A stretch of 64,000 nucleotides of DNA from Azolla caroliniana (taxonomy: Eukaryota; Plantae; Polypodiophyta), in NCBI GenBank assembly GCA_043228905.1, contig JBHGNT010000016.1, positions 9,734,001-9,798,000 on the forward strand. The letters run 5' to 3'. The stretch's first letter is position 1. Each line of letters opens with the position of its first letter. This document shows positions 25,211-37,765 of this stretch, one piece after another. The notes under the pieces are model-generated. The model ran no database searches. It was not told the origin of the DNA and was given only the letters and a program-made list of their open reading frames with translations. A program made the translations under genes and the position numbers.

Positions 25211-28187
25211 ATACTGTTATTGTGGTTGTTGGTATTATTATCTTGTTGTACACAGAGAGAGTGAGAGACAAAGAGACAGAAAGTTTTGTTGTAACTGCCT
25301 ATTGGCAAAGATACAGAACTCGAGGTCATTGCCACTGAGTCTCATTTTGTTGGCAAATGAGCCGCACCTTGTCAGCGACGAGATGACATGGGTGGTCGAC
25401 TCATGAGAGTCGTTCCATCTTACCCCCAATCGGAAGTGCGTCACATCCTAAAGAGCCGGAGATCACGACTGTGTGATGATGGGAAATGAAGGCACATGCT
25501 GGATTGTCGGCATAGGAGGCGTGTGCTTGACGACGTCAACCAGGTGCAAGCTGTTATTGAAAGATGTCTGACATGTTCTAGAGGTTCGGTTGAACTTGAT
25601 ATCAGTCGGACGGCTGGATGATGAAGGCTACACGGGTAGCATCCGGAATGGAGTCATGAAGTTCAGCAAATGAAGCCTGATCTTGGCTTGAGCCCGGAAG
25701 AACAACACATTGTACCTGATGCAGGTCCGGATATGCCGGAAAGAAGTGAACGTGGTATCCGACACTGCCGGTGAGCTGTGGCACAAGAGGTTGTGCCACA
25801 TGAGCCAAAAGGGAATGCGGAGACTTGCCGAAGATAAACTCATTCCGGAGGTGAAAGACATGTAGCTTGAGAGGTGCATCGACTGTTTGGCTGGCAAGCA
25901 AAACCGAACCTCTTTCCGGGAAAGACTACCTATGAGACGAAATGCACCACTGGAACTTGTGCATACTGATGTATGCCAAGTGGACACAAAGTCACATGCT
26001 GGGTCACAGTTCTTCGTGACGTTCATAGATGACCACATTCAAAAGTTGTGGGTCTCATCACTGAAGACGAAGGACCAGGTACTATCCGTCTTCAAGGAAT
26101 TCCCCTTGAGAGTGGAAAGGGAAACCGACCGGAAGCTAAAGGCGGTTCGAGCAGACAATGGAGGCGAATAGGGGGGGTAGTTCAAAGACTATTGCCGATC
26201 AAAAGGAATCCAGATTGAATTCACCGTTCCGAAGATGCCGGAGTTGAACGGATTGGCCGAGAGGATGAACCGGACTATGATGGAAAGAGTCTGGAGCATG
26301 CTGGCACATACAAAGTTGCCCAAGACGTTTTGGGCTGAGGTGCTGATGACAACGACATACGTGATAAATAGACCACCCTCAACATCCTTAGAAGGAGACA
26401 CACCACAGAGAGTATGGACCGGTAAAGACGTGTCTTACCGGCATTTGAATGAGTTCGGTTGTCTTGTTCATGTGCATGTAGCAAAGGACAAGAGAGCGAA
26501 ATTGGATCCAAAGTCCCGACCATGCATATTTCTTGGATACGATAATGATGAGTTAAGCTATCGAGTGTGCGACTTGGTCGACAAGAAGGTTTTCCGGAGT
26601 CGAGACATTGTCTTCATGGCAGACAAGACCATTGCCGACTGGGAGTCGGAGAAGAAGATAGTGAACTCCGGGTTGACCGATAGAAATCGGTTGGAAGATG
26701 CTAGGACACATCCGGTTGGAATCTGGATGTCAACCAAAGACCATGATGAACTGGTTGGATTCGGACAGAGAACCGATTCGACCGAAGAAGAAAAGCACTT
26801 AGTGACCGACAAGGGGGAGCTAGAAAGCTTCGAATAAGCAAAGACAGACAACCACAACCACAAGTGGTTAAGTGCCATGCTGGATGAGATAGATTCCTTG
26901 CATGACCACACATACGAATTGATGGCGTTGCCGAAAGAAAGTGGGTGCTCCGGAATAAGTGGGTGTACAAGCTGAAACCGGGAGATGCTGGAAATCCACT
27001 AAGGTACAAAACCCACATCATGGTGAAGGGCTTCCAACAGAAGAAATGAGTGGATTTCGACGAGATCATTGCCTTGGAAGTCAAGATGACATCCATCCGG
27101 ACTGTGTTGAGCATAGCGGCAAGCATGGACCTCGAGGTCAAACAGCTAGATGTGAAGACGACGTTCCTTCATGGAGACCTCGAGCAGGAGATCTACATGC
27201 AACAACCGGAAGGATTCGTCAAGAAAGGGAAGGAGCACCTGGTGTGCCGGTTGAAGAAGAGCTTATACGGACTGAAGAAAGCTCCCCGGCAATGGTACTG
27301 GAAGTTCAACTCCGTCATGACCGACCAAGGATACCACAAGGCGCAGGCCAACCACAACATGTTCGTGAAGAGATTTGACAGAGGCGACTTCCTGATCCTC
27401 CTGCTGTATGTAGATGACATGCTAATCGTCAGACCACACTGAATAAAAATTGGGAATCTGAAGGACTTGAACCGGACCTTCTCAATGGAAGATTTGGGTC
27501 TGGCGAGACAGATATTGGGGATGCACATAGTCCGAGACTTGACGAAGAAGCTATTGTGGCTGTCACAGAAGAAGTATGTGATGAAGGTGCTCCAACTATT
27601 CAACATGACAAATGCAAAGCCGGTCGGGTCGACACTTCCAGCTGAGTGCAAGTTATCCGAGAAACAAAGTCTGAAGACAAAGACGGAGAAGTCAGAGATG
27701 ATGAAGGTACCATATGCCTTTTCCGTCGGAAGCTTGATGTACGCAATGGTGTGTACCCGACCGGATATCGGATATGCGGCTGGAGTGGTCAGTTGGTTCA
27801 TGAGCAATCCGGGAAGAGAACATTGGGCCACTAGCAAGTGGATACTCTGGTACCTGAAAGAAAACTCGAGCATGGGCCTCCGATTCGGCTCTTGTAAACC
27901 CCTATTGGAAGGCTTCACTGATTCGGACATGCCGAATGATGCAGATACCAGCCGGTCTACATCCAGATACGTCATGACTTATGCAGGGGGAGCCGTATCG
28001 TGGCAATCGAGGCTGCAGTCTGTTGCATTGTCAACAACGGAAGCGGAATACATGGCGGTTGTAGAAGCCGACAAAGAGGTAATATGGATGAAGGACTTCA
28101 TCGGAGAGCTAAGGATCCGTCAGGAGGGAATTTTGGCTCCATTGCGACAGTCAAAGTGCCATCCACCTTGCGAAGAACGCAACTTAC

Positions 28188-28959
28188 TGTTAGGAAACAG
28201 ATCCCTCCGGATGGAAAGTGAGAAGAACAGTGTTGAGAAGACATCCCATGCCTCGGCCGAATCCGGATGTGGAGTACCCGGCAACGGAAGACACGGTGAG
28301 AACCGGATGTGCAGTACCTGGCAACGGAAGACCCGGTGAGAACCGGATGTGGAGTACCCGGCAACGGAAGACCCGATGAGAATCGGATAACGAGTACCCG
28401 GCAAGGAAGACCCGATGAAAACCGGATGTTGCAGGCCCAGTGAAAACCGGATGTTGCAGGCTCGGTGAGAACCTCTCATCGGATGGAAGGGACATATATG
28501 TAAATATGTTCCAGAGAGCCCACTGGGGCTATATTTGTAAATAGCCCGAAAGTCATATTAGTATAAATATGACCTAGGGCAAACTTAATAGTAATGATGT
28601 AGAGTTGGTTGTATTATTATCGTTGTGGTGATAATTCAGAGCGTAACTGCGTACAGAGAAGAGAGAGAGAGAGAGAGAGGAAGAGGTTGTTGCCTCTGTT
28701 GTAACCACCTGGTGGCGAAGCGAGGGACCAAGAGGTCGTTGCCTCTGTGCCCCATTGTTGTAATCTTGATATAGTGATATTTTGTAGTCTGAGGGCTGCT
28801 GTGGTTTTTGCCAGATTTGGGTTTTCCACGTTAACATCTAGTGCACTCTCTTCTTTACTGTTTCGTGTGTAGATACATCTCACCACATCCCTGTTTTCTG
28901 TGCTTGATCTGACATCTCGGTTGTGGCCGAGCATAGCTTAGGAAACCGTATTCCTTTCA
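28188..28959 (+). mobile_element. Solo LTR inserted in the Copia RNase H
   Basis: TGTTAGG...TTTCA flanked by TSD CTTAC (28183-28187 and 28960-28964). Removing it restores HLAKNATY-HSLTKHI. Confidence 0.92.
28263..28472 (+). repeat. Tandem repeat in the solo-LTR U3 (4 x ~40 bp plus 2 x 25 bp)
   Basis: CCGGATGTGGAGTACCCGGCAACGGAAGACCCGGTGAGAA units. Confidence 0.9.
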
Positions 28960-29709
28960 CTTACCACTCCCTGACTAAGCACATCTACAGGAGATATCAT
29001 TGGCTCTGGGAGAAGGTAGATGACAAAGACTTTGTCTTAACAAAGATTCACATGGAGGAGAACGGATCAGACATGTTGACCAAAGTGTTGTCAGCCGACA
29101 AACTGGATGTGTGCCGGAGAAGGATCCGATTGACGAGACATCCCATGCCGGACTGAAGGGGGAGTTTTGTTGGGAATTTGGTCCCTCCGAATGGGATTTG
29201 GAGGAGCCGGATCGAACGAGTTGAAGGAAGGAACTGGATTGGATGGATTTGGGAGATATCTGGAAACCGAATCAGATGGATCCAGTTGGTATCCGGCCAA
29301 AGATTAGTATATGTATATATATTCTGATGTGACTGTTGAAGGTCATATTTGTAAATAACCCAAAGTTATATAAGTATAAATATAACTAGGGCAATATTGT
29401 TAATGTGGTTGTTGGTATTATTATCCTGTTATATACAGAGAGAGAGAGTGAGAGACAGAAAGTTATGTTGTAACCGCCTGTTGGCGAAGATACAGAGCTC
29501 GACGTCGTTACCACTGAGTCTCATTTTGTACCCCTTCTCTGATAGTGATAGTTGGAGTCTGTAGGCTTCCATGCTTTTTCCTGATTAGGGTTTTCCCGGT
29601 TAACATCTGATGTTGTCTCTTCTATCTTGTCAAGTGATATTGCTATTTTCTGTTTATTTCTTCCATCATGTGTTTGAGCCTCGGTTGTAGCCGAGCACTA
29701 TTGTTAACA

Positions 29710-29924
29710 TTAACTGTGGAAAACCTCGAGAGGCAAAACCATGAGAGTTCACAGACTCCGAAGAAGATCACTATAGGGGAGAGGTACTACAATGCGAGAC
29801 TCGAAGGCAGCGACCTCGAGCTTTGTCTTCTCCAAGTTACAACAGAAAAAGCTTTTTGTATCTTAGTCTCTCTCTCTCTCTCTGTGCCTATAACTCTCTA
29901 TACAACAATAACTAACTACTTACT

Positions 29925-30008
<84 letters not shown>

Positions 30009-30246
30009 CACACACACACACACACACACATAAGTATTAGCCCTAGTTATTTATACTCATATAACTTTCAGGCTATTTACAAGTCTGGCCTCAACAAGCG
30101 CATGAAAATATTTTCTAATGTGTCCCTATTTCTGATTCACACCTGACCCAATCCGGAAACCTTCCGGATTCATCCAATCCAGCTCGTTCGATCTGAATAC
30201 CTTCCGAATCCATTTGATCCCATTTGGAGGGACCGATTTCCCAACA
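29710..30246 (-). repeat. Truncated LTR (same family as 29168-29709) with a long (AC)n microsatellite at ~29927-30030
   Basis: Minus strand starts TGTTGGGAAATCGGTCCCTCC at 30246, like TGTTGGGAATTTGGTCCCTCC at 29168. Confidence 0.8.
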
Positions 30247-33200
30247 TTTAGTTCGTCTTCAATTGTCGTTCCTTGAGCTGAAATTTGGGAGTGTTAAGAA
30301 TTAGGTGATTAAAATTAAGCAAGGATTAATTAGTACCTAATTATGTGATTAGTTGATAAGCGGAAGATAAAGTGATATGTGTGTGTATGTGTGTGAGAGG
30401 AAGAGAGAGAGAGAGATACACTTATGAACAACACAAGATGGGGGATGAGTAACTATATTAAATTAGCATTATCATCATCAAATACAAAAATACCCACAAT
30501 GAGGTATATATACATCTCATGTGTGAAGGTGCACATGTGTGAGTAGAATATAGGTACTAATGTGTAAGTCCTATATTAAATGTACTTAAAAGTGGAGGAT
30601 CTAGAATATCCCACTTAAGTAGAAGGTCCTATTTAAGGCGTTATAGTCGACACTTCTAACTAGATTCTATCTAGGTAACTACGAAGTTACATGGTTGACT
30701 AACTAACTAAAATAAGTTGAGCTTGGTCTCTCAACACACCCCCTCAAGCTCAAGTATGGGGCATCCGATGTCCGCTTTGTCTGTCGACGTTCGGATCTTC
30801 GATTCGGTTGAATCGGCTTCGGCTTTGGATGACCAATATTGTTTCTTTCGACGTTGACGTTTTTGTGGCTGTTTCGGTTCCTCCCCCTCAAGCCTGTGAT
30901 GAAGGCTTGTCGTGCGAAATTGGCTGATTGCTTTCATCCATCGTGGGTACAAGCCGCTTTGGTGGAGCTCTTGGGCTCTTGTTCGGCCACCACCTTCATC
31001 GCGAAGGCATAATGATGGGCCATGTACTCGTTGTCGCCGTGCCGAGTGACGAGGTTCTTAGCTCTAGATGAGCGTCGAAATTTTTCGCTCGCCAATGTGA
31101 GCACCTTCTTTACTCCCGGTGTACGCATGATGGGTACACCCAACTCACTATCTAGTGAGGGAGCCGATCCATCCGAATCATTGTTGTCGGGGTGGTCGAC
31201 TTCGTATTCGGGCATCTTACCTTTGCCTTTGTCCAAGTTCGTACTTGGTCGCGACGTGCTTGGGTCACGTGGGGGCTCTTGTGGCTCACTAGGCCTTGCC
31301 GTAATCGAACATTCTTCGAACTTGTGTTCGAAGCGATCTCCATCTTCTACCTCTTAGTTAGCAGATTCCGGGTTGAACGGAGTTGGAGTCGAAGTTGTCT
31401 CTGGTGTGTACCAGGATGCGGACTCGTCGAAGATTACATCTCGACTTACCCGAACCACTCGGGTAGAAGGGTTATTCTCGGATGAGTATCCTATGAGGAT
31501 ACATTCCTCCGACTTCGCGTCGGGCTTCTGTCGTTGTTCGTTTGGGATGCGTACATTCGCAATGCTTCCGAACACCTTGAGGTGCAACAGGATCGGCTTC
31601 CTTCCGACGAGGAGCTCGTATGGAGTTAGCTCATGCAGTCCATTAGTGGTGCATCGATTCATGAGATAGACGGCCATGGATGCCGCTTCAGCCCAATAGA
31701 AATTTGGCATGTGCTTCTCATGGATCATGGCACGTGCTACCTCGAGTATTTGCCGATTCTTCCTTTCGGCTACACCCTTTTGTTGGGGTGTGTGTTGGCA
31801 CGAGAATTCTCTCCGAATGCCTTCACTTTGGAGATAAGAGGTGAATTCGTCGAAGAAGTAATCCTTGTCTCCATCCGATCATAGGCATCGAATGTGCCGA
31901 CCGGTTTCTCTCTCGACTTGGCCCTTGAGCTTTTGGAAGTGGGAGAGCACTTCACTTTTCTTCTTCATCGGGTAGATCCACGCGTAGCACAAGTAGTCGT
32001 CAATGAAGGTTATGTAGTGTATGACATTGAGGAGGCCTTTGCTTGCGGAGCTCTCCTTCGGGAATGGGAGTCGATGTTGTTTGCCGAGTTGACACGCTTC
32101 ACATACTCGGTCGACTCATTTCGACTTGAATGTCGGAAGTCCGATGACGACTCCCTTGGTTTACATCGCTCGAAGCCATTAGAGGTTTATGTGGCCGATT
32201 CTCTTGTGCCACAACTCGATGCTTGTCTCGGTTTTGAGACCTTTGGCGTACATGGTCGATTTCACCTCGTTCGAATCGAGGATGAACATGCGATCGTCTC
32301 TCCATCCCTTGGCTATGAGTTGGCCATCTTTCTCAATGAAACAACCTTCGTTGTTGAAGTGGATTTGCATGCCTTGCTCCACGATTTGGCCGACCGAGAC
32401 CAAATTCTTCGTTATTGTGGGCATGTGCAAAACATTCTTGATGCAAGTTTGCTCGCCTTCTTTCCTGAATGGGATGTGTGGTGTCGTCTCCCATCTCTAT
32501 TAAGTCGGGTCGATCCGACGTTCGTAAATCACGAAACCACTCTTCGTGAGATGTCATGTGATGTGAGGCGCCAGAGTCGACAAACCACACGTCTTCCGAG
32601 TTGGAGATGTTTGCGGAGTTGGAGGCTGACATAGAGTTCGCTCTATGCCTCATTACGAATAGTCCGCCGTAATCATCGTATTCGGAGTTGACGACGTAAT
32701 TCATGAGTTGTCGACTTGTCGAAGCCGACTTGCTTCTTCTTTTTCGGCACTCCTCGCAGTGGCCGATTTTTCCGCAATAGTTGCAAGTTGTGGGCCTCAT
32801 TTGCCGAACTTGTTCGGCATGGAAGCTCCCCCCTTCTTCCGAAGGTTCCTCGATGGCTTCCGTGAAGGTTTGAGTTCCCTTCATGTGATGGGCCGAATTG
32901 GCCTCTTCTACTGCCGTAACCTCGTCCTCGGCCACCGTCCGAATTCAAAAAGAACATTTGTCCTTCCGATGTCTTGTTCTTTGTTCGGATGTGGTTCTCT
33001 TCGACCAATAGCATTGATTGGAGGTCGAAGAACGAAGGAGGGTTTTAGATTGCCATCTGTAATGGATCGAATAATTGTGCGAGGCCGCCTAAGCATACTT
33101 GAACCATCTCGTCTTCGTCGACGTTTATGTTGATGGAGCCAAGCGAGTCGTAAATGCTCTTGATCTTGGCAGTGTAGCCCGACATAGACATATCTTTTTG

Positions 33201-35606
33201 CCGTATGTTGTTCAACTCTTGCCGGAGTTGAAGCTTGTGTGCCGTCGTATTGGTGGCGAAAATCTTCTTGAGATTCTCCCACGCCTCTTTGGGCGTCTTG
33301 GCGTCTCGAATGTGGCTAAGAATGTGGTTGTGGAAACATGTTGCCAAGCAATACATGAATCGACTTGCTACTTGCTCCCATGTTGCATAGTCGACATTCT
33401 TCGAGTCAGGCCGATTTTCTTGTGCACCGTTGATGTAGCTCCAATACCCTTGGCCGACGAGGTATTGGGTCATCTTGTACTCCCAAGATGAATAATTGCT
33501 CCAGTCTAGCTTTTTGCTAGGGAGTGAGCTACCCATTTGTGTGTTCATGTTGATTGTGTCTTCTCTTCTTTTGCTTTTCATCCTTCGATCACGTGTACGT
33601 GCTACGTAGCAGCACTACGGTAGCGATAGCCGGAATTTTCCATCGGCGTTTCCAACACACAATTACGAAGAGTTGGGTGGGCTTAGTGGACTTTCTAAAC
33701 CACACGCTCTGATACCATGTTAAGAATTAGGTGATTAGTTGATAAGCGGAAGTTAAAGTGATATGTGTGTGTATATGTGTGAGAGGAAGAGAGAGAGAGA
33801 GAGAGATAAACTTATGAACAACACAAGATGGGGGATGAGTAACTATATTAAATTAGCATTATCATCATCAAATACACAAATACCCACAATGAGGTATATA
33901 TACATCTCATGTGCAAAGGTGCACATGTGTGAGTAGAATATAGGTACTAATGTGTAAGTCCTATATTAAATGTACTTAGGAGTGGAGGATCTAGAATATC
34001 CCACTTAAGTAGAAGGTCCTATTTAAGGCGTTATAGTCAACACTTCTAACTAGATTCTATCTAGGTAACTACGAAGTTACATGGTTGACTAACTAGCTAA
34101 ACTAAGTTGAGCTTGATCTCTCAACAGGGAGCTTAGGCTTTCATACTCATTTAGGTGTGCTTGGACCAAGTCAGATTCTTTCATCCGAAGGTTGTAGAGG
34201 CGCCGAATTAGGTATATCTTTGTTGCAGCGACCATCTTTTTATAAGTGTTTGAGAGTGTCTTCCATAGTTCAAAGGCAGTCGAATACGATTGCATTGTGA
34301 AGTACACTTACTCTGACAAGTGCATCCAAATGTTAGTGCCGACAATTCAGTCCAACTTTGTCCACTCATTTGGCTTATATCGTTTTGGAGCGTTTTTGGT
34401 CTCAATTGGGTCGATTTGATCCTCGACTATTAGGTAGTCCTACATCAGCTCCTTCCAGAAGTTGAAGTTTGACCCGTCTAACTTTCTTAGACTCATCTCT
34501 GATGAGCCGGATGTTGATGCCATCTGTGTTCACCCGAATTCGTTCTAACCGAGTTTGAACACGAGCTGAATTGGATTCGACTATCGGTAGGTTCGATCTG
34601 AAGTGACTACAACCGATCAGCCTAGTTGAATTGGACCTGAATTATCCAATTGATTAGTTGATTGGATTTCGGAATGGCAGTTGGGTACAAAACCTGCTCG
34701 GAGTGGTTACGGTGAGTGGAGGGACAGATCTAACTAGTCTTCCTGAATATCACGTAGCCGAATTGAGCACGGTTAATTGCTAATCTGATTCCAGGTGTTG
34801 ATTTCAAAGGCCAATCACAGTTTCAGGAGCAAAAAGTGTCATTTTTCCAGGCCGATCCGGCTTTGATGACTATGACAATTAGAGGGACAGATTAGACTGG
34901 TCTTCCCGGATTTCATCTAGCTGAATGAAGCATGGATGGGGTTGTTCCTAGGGGCTGGATCTACTTTGTGTAGTTATGACAAACAAGTAGAGAGTGTTGA
35001 AGAACTTGTTTGGTTGTTTTCTAACTTGAAAAAGCATGATCAAGGAAAATTTGAAGAGATTTCACTCTGCGTGGCTACAATCACCGGAGCAAGGTACAAC
35101 CGGTTGGCTTACCTTAAGAGTGATTTAGCCTAGTAGAGTGAAAATTTTCATTTGTCTCTCTCTTCTCAAGATGAGGTCTTGAACTCGGGGGCTTCAAGAA
35201 AATAGGGGCAAGAGTGTTATTGAAGATAGATTACGGCCGACAACGAGTCAAAGAATGACGTCTCTGATAGCAGATGTTGGAGTCTGCGACCATCAGTGCG
35301 GAAACAAGAACAACATCTATGTTAATAAGGTTACCAAGTTAACATGGTAAAGCAAAATCAAGGAGATCGAGAGTGAGAAAGAGACAAGTAGGCGCACAAT
35401 ATAACAATCTTATTCCAAAAGTTACAATCCAAGAATGGCACTATCAACAACATGAACAACAACCCAACAACTAGGTCTACAAGAGTCAATTGAAATACCA
35501 ACTGACTTAGGGCAACTGACCTTTCCACTATTTACATAAATAACCTAAAACTTACTATGTCCAACTAAGACAGTGTGAATATGTACATTATTTCCAGTAT
35601 TCGACA
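30247..35606 (-). mobile_element. 5' part of a Tork-like Copia (LTR ~35275-35606, degenerate PBS 35261-35272, leader, gag 34131-34522 plus 30247-30291) split by the 30292-34126 element
   Basis: MASTSGSSEMSLRKLDGSNFNFWK...LYNLRMKE..VQAHLNEYESLS continues as SQISAQGTTIEDEL across the insertion. Confidence 0.75.
30292..34126 (-). mobile_element. Non-autonomous Ty1/Copia with both LTRs, gag-PR-IN but no RT/RNase H
   Basis: LTRs 30292-30736 and 33718-34126; TSD GGGAG; PBS TGGTATCAGAGC at 33706-33717; PPT at ~30737; gag KLDWSNYSSWEYKM, WFVDSGASHHM, ELWHKRIGH, FYWAEA. Confidence 0.93.
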
Positions 35607-36389
35607 TCCAACGTATCATGGAGACCCATAAAAAATGGCTAGAACAGAGAATTTTGAAAACCTTGAGGAAAGGATGGAAAGAATGGTCGGCACATACAAC
35701 TGATGTAAGGAAGGGAAGGGATTCTACAAGATGGACGAAACAAGCATCAACATAATCCGAGAGGAATTGACCGAAGACTTCTATGCTTTGGCTCAAACTC
35801 ATTCCACGGAGATTTAGAAATTACTCGAGGAATTCGAGGATGATCAGATGCAATTCGCCATCGAGCTAGAAACCTATGAAAAAGAACGAAATCAAGTGGA
35901 GGAAGGACAAACCGAAGGAGCCAATAAGGAACCGATTAATCTAAGTGATGTTAGCTCAAGTGAAGAAGGGAATTTGAATAACGTAACAGATGAACTACCA
36001 AACGACAGTGTATTGTTGATGTAATCCTTTCATGCTTCCTATATAAAGGGGCAGATGTATTGTATAAGTGTGTGAGAATTATAAAAGAAAATTATCTTTG
36101 AATACACCTCGTCTATTGTGTTATTGTGTTGTATAATTATTGCTAGTTCGGAGTTAAAGTGCAGAGTACAGAGCCGATCTGACAGAACTAGTAATTAATT
36201 TCTTATTTGTAATTCCATCCCCGACGACAACCTTTGATAAGGGCACTTCGGGATTAAGTATCTGATCCATGTGTACCGAGAGGGTATAACATCGGCTACA
36301 CCGACTCGGATTTTGCTGGTTGTCTGGACAACCGAAAGTCAACAACCAGATAATTATTTTGATTCGGCAATGGAACGATATCATGGAAG

Positions 36390-37098
36390 TCGAAACTTCA
36401 GTAGTGCGTTGTCTAAAAGAGCTTCTTGGTTCTGGCGATAATACAGTTACAACCGAAACTTTAGTTACCTCTAAAGATTTACCTTCTAAACCACATGTAC
36501 TAGAGAAAATTCTCGATGTTAAAACAAAATATTTCCATTCTAAAATAATTCGAGAATTTAAAATTAAATGGATGGATAAATCCATAAAAGATGATACATG
36601 GGAATGAGAGTGCAAGAGTGCAATGTCTTAAAGAGGGGAAGTATGCTACGGGAAGGACCATAATTTATCTCGTGGTAAGTTCTACAATAGAATTTTACAC
36701 ACAAGGATAAAGTGTGAGGGTTAATCGAGAGTTTAAAAAAGGAAGGATTACTTTTAATCCTAAGAATTGAGATAACCCATAAGGGCCAAGACTGAACTTG
36801 CTTGGGGGCCTAAGGTCTTGCTATAATTATGAGGCCTACCTACCCTCATTAGAGACACCATTCGACTACGCCGAGACTATGAGATCGTGGTGAGCAGACT
36901 CTTGTAGCAAGCGCGCCAATACTAGGTACAACTCAATGCCATGGTGGTGGTATGAGATGGCGATCAAGACTCATGTCTGTCTTGATCCCTTCGCTCTAGG
37001 GTGGTCAGGTGGATTGGCACCCTTCTTTCTCTCTCTTTTCATTTATATCTATCTAATATTTCCTTGTCGTATGCTTACATTAGGAATGATCTCTAACA
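36390..37098 (+). mobile_element. 3' end of a chromovirus-type Gypsy (same family as 1-10970): chromodomain, PPT, 3' LTR 36644-37098
   Basis: LEKILDVKTK..FKIKWMD..DDTWE; PPT AAAGAGGGGAAG; the LTR is the reverse-complement homolog of 4800-5209/10919-10970. Confidence 0.85.
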
Positions 37099-37424
37099 TT
37101 AGTATTTACTGTATTTTTCATATATTATTAGTATATTTTTGTAACCGCCTTTTCTACTAATATATTTTCATATTTTAGTCGAACCATCGTGTGTGATTGT
37201 TCACCCAACGGTTGTCTCTGTAATTGTACCTAGCTAGATAGAACTTTGTTGCTTTTGTATGATTGAAGTTGTTTTGGTCATAATCTTTGTTTTATGATTC
37301 ACTGTTGTAATGTGATCATGTTATCTGACATTGGGCATTGTTGGTCCTCGGCGGATAACAATGTATGTATGTTAATTTAGGTACGTGTATTTGCACGTAT
37401 ATTTTAATTTGTATATGTGATTGT

Positions 37425-37716
37425 TAATTTGTGTGTGTGCGTGTATATACATGTACGACGTACGTGGATGTGACTCTTAATTTGGCCATGTGCATGCGTA
37501 TGGGTATGTTCATGTGCATGTGTGTGTATGCATATGGGTATGTGCATGTGCATGTGTGTGTATGCGTATGTGTATGTGTCTGTGCGTATGTGTATGCATG
37601 TGTATGCGTGTGCTTATGCATATGGGTATGCGTGTGCGTGTGCGTGTGCATGTGCGTGTGCGTATGGGTATGTGATAGTTAAATTGTGAGTGAATGTGTA
37701 TATGTATGCATATGGG

Positions 37717-37761
<45 letters not shown>

Positions 37762-37765
37762 TAAT
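37425..37765. repeat. Compound (TG/RY)n and (ATGGGT)n simple repeat
   Basis: Alternating purine-pyrimidine tract followed by about 8 x ATGGGT. Confidence 0.9.

Larger units (their letters stand above)
25211..29709 (+). mobile_element. Tnt1/Tork-like Ty1/Copia (partial 5' LTR, gag deleted; PR-IN-RT-RNase H; 3' LTR 29168-29709)
   Basis: WVVDS, ELWHKRLCHMS, LELVHTDVC, PELNGLAERMNRT, QLDVKTTFLHGDL, LYVDDML, VSWQSRLQ..ALSTTEAEY; PPT GAAGGGGGAG at ~29156; 25211-25348 matches 29393-29530. Confidence 0.9.

Noticed and set aside
27193-27975. Long antisense ORFs over Copia pol (also 31894-32634 and 44638-45375)
   Set aside because: They are opposite-strand or alternative-frame shadows of RT/IN coding sequence with no independent motifs.
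37424-37765. His/Thr- or Cys/Val-rich ORFs; (ATGGGT)n as a telomere
   Set aside because: These are translations of simple repeats, and the hexamer is not the plant TTTAGGG repeat and is short and interstitial.
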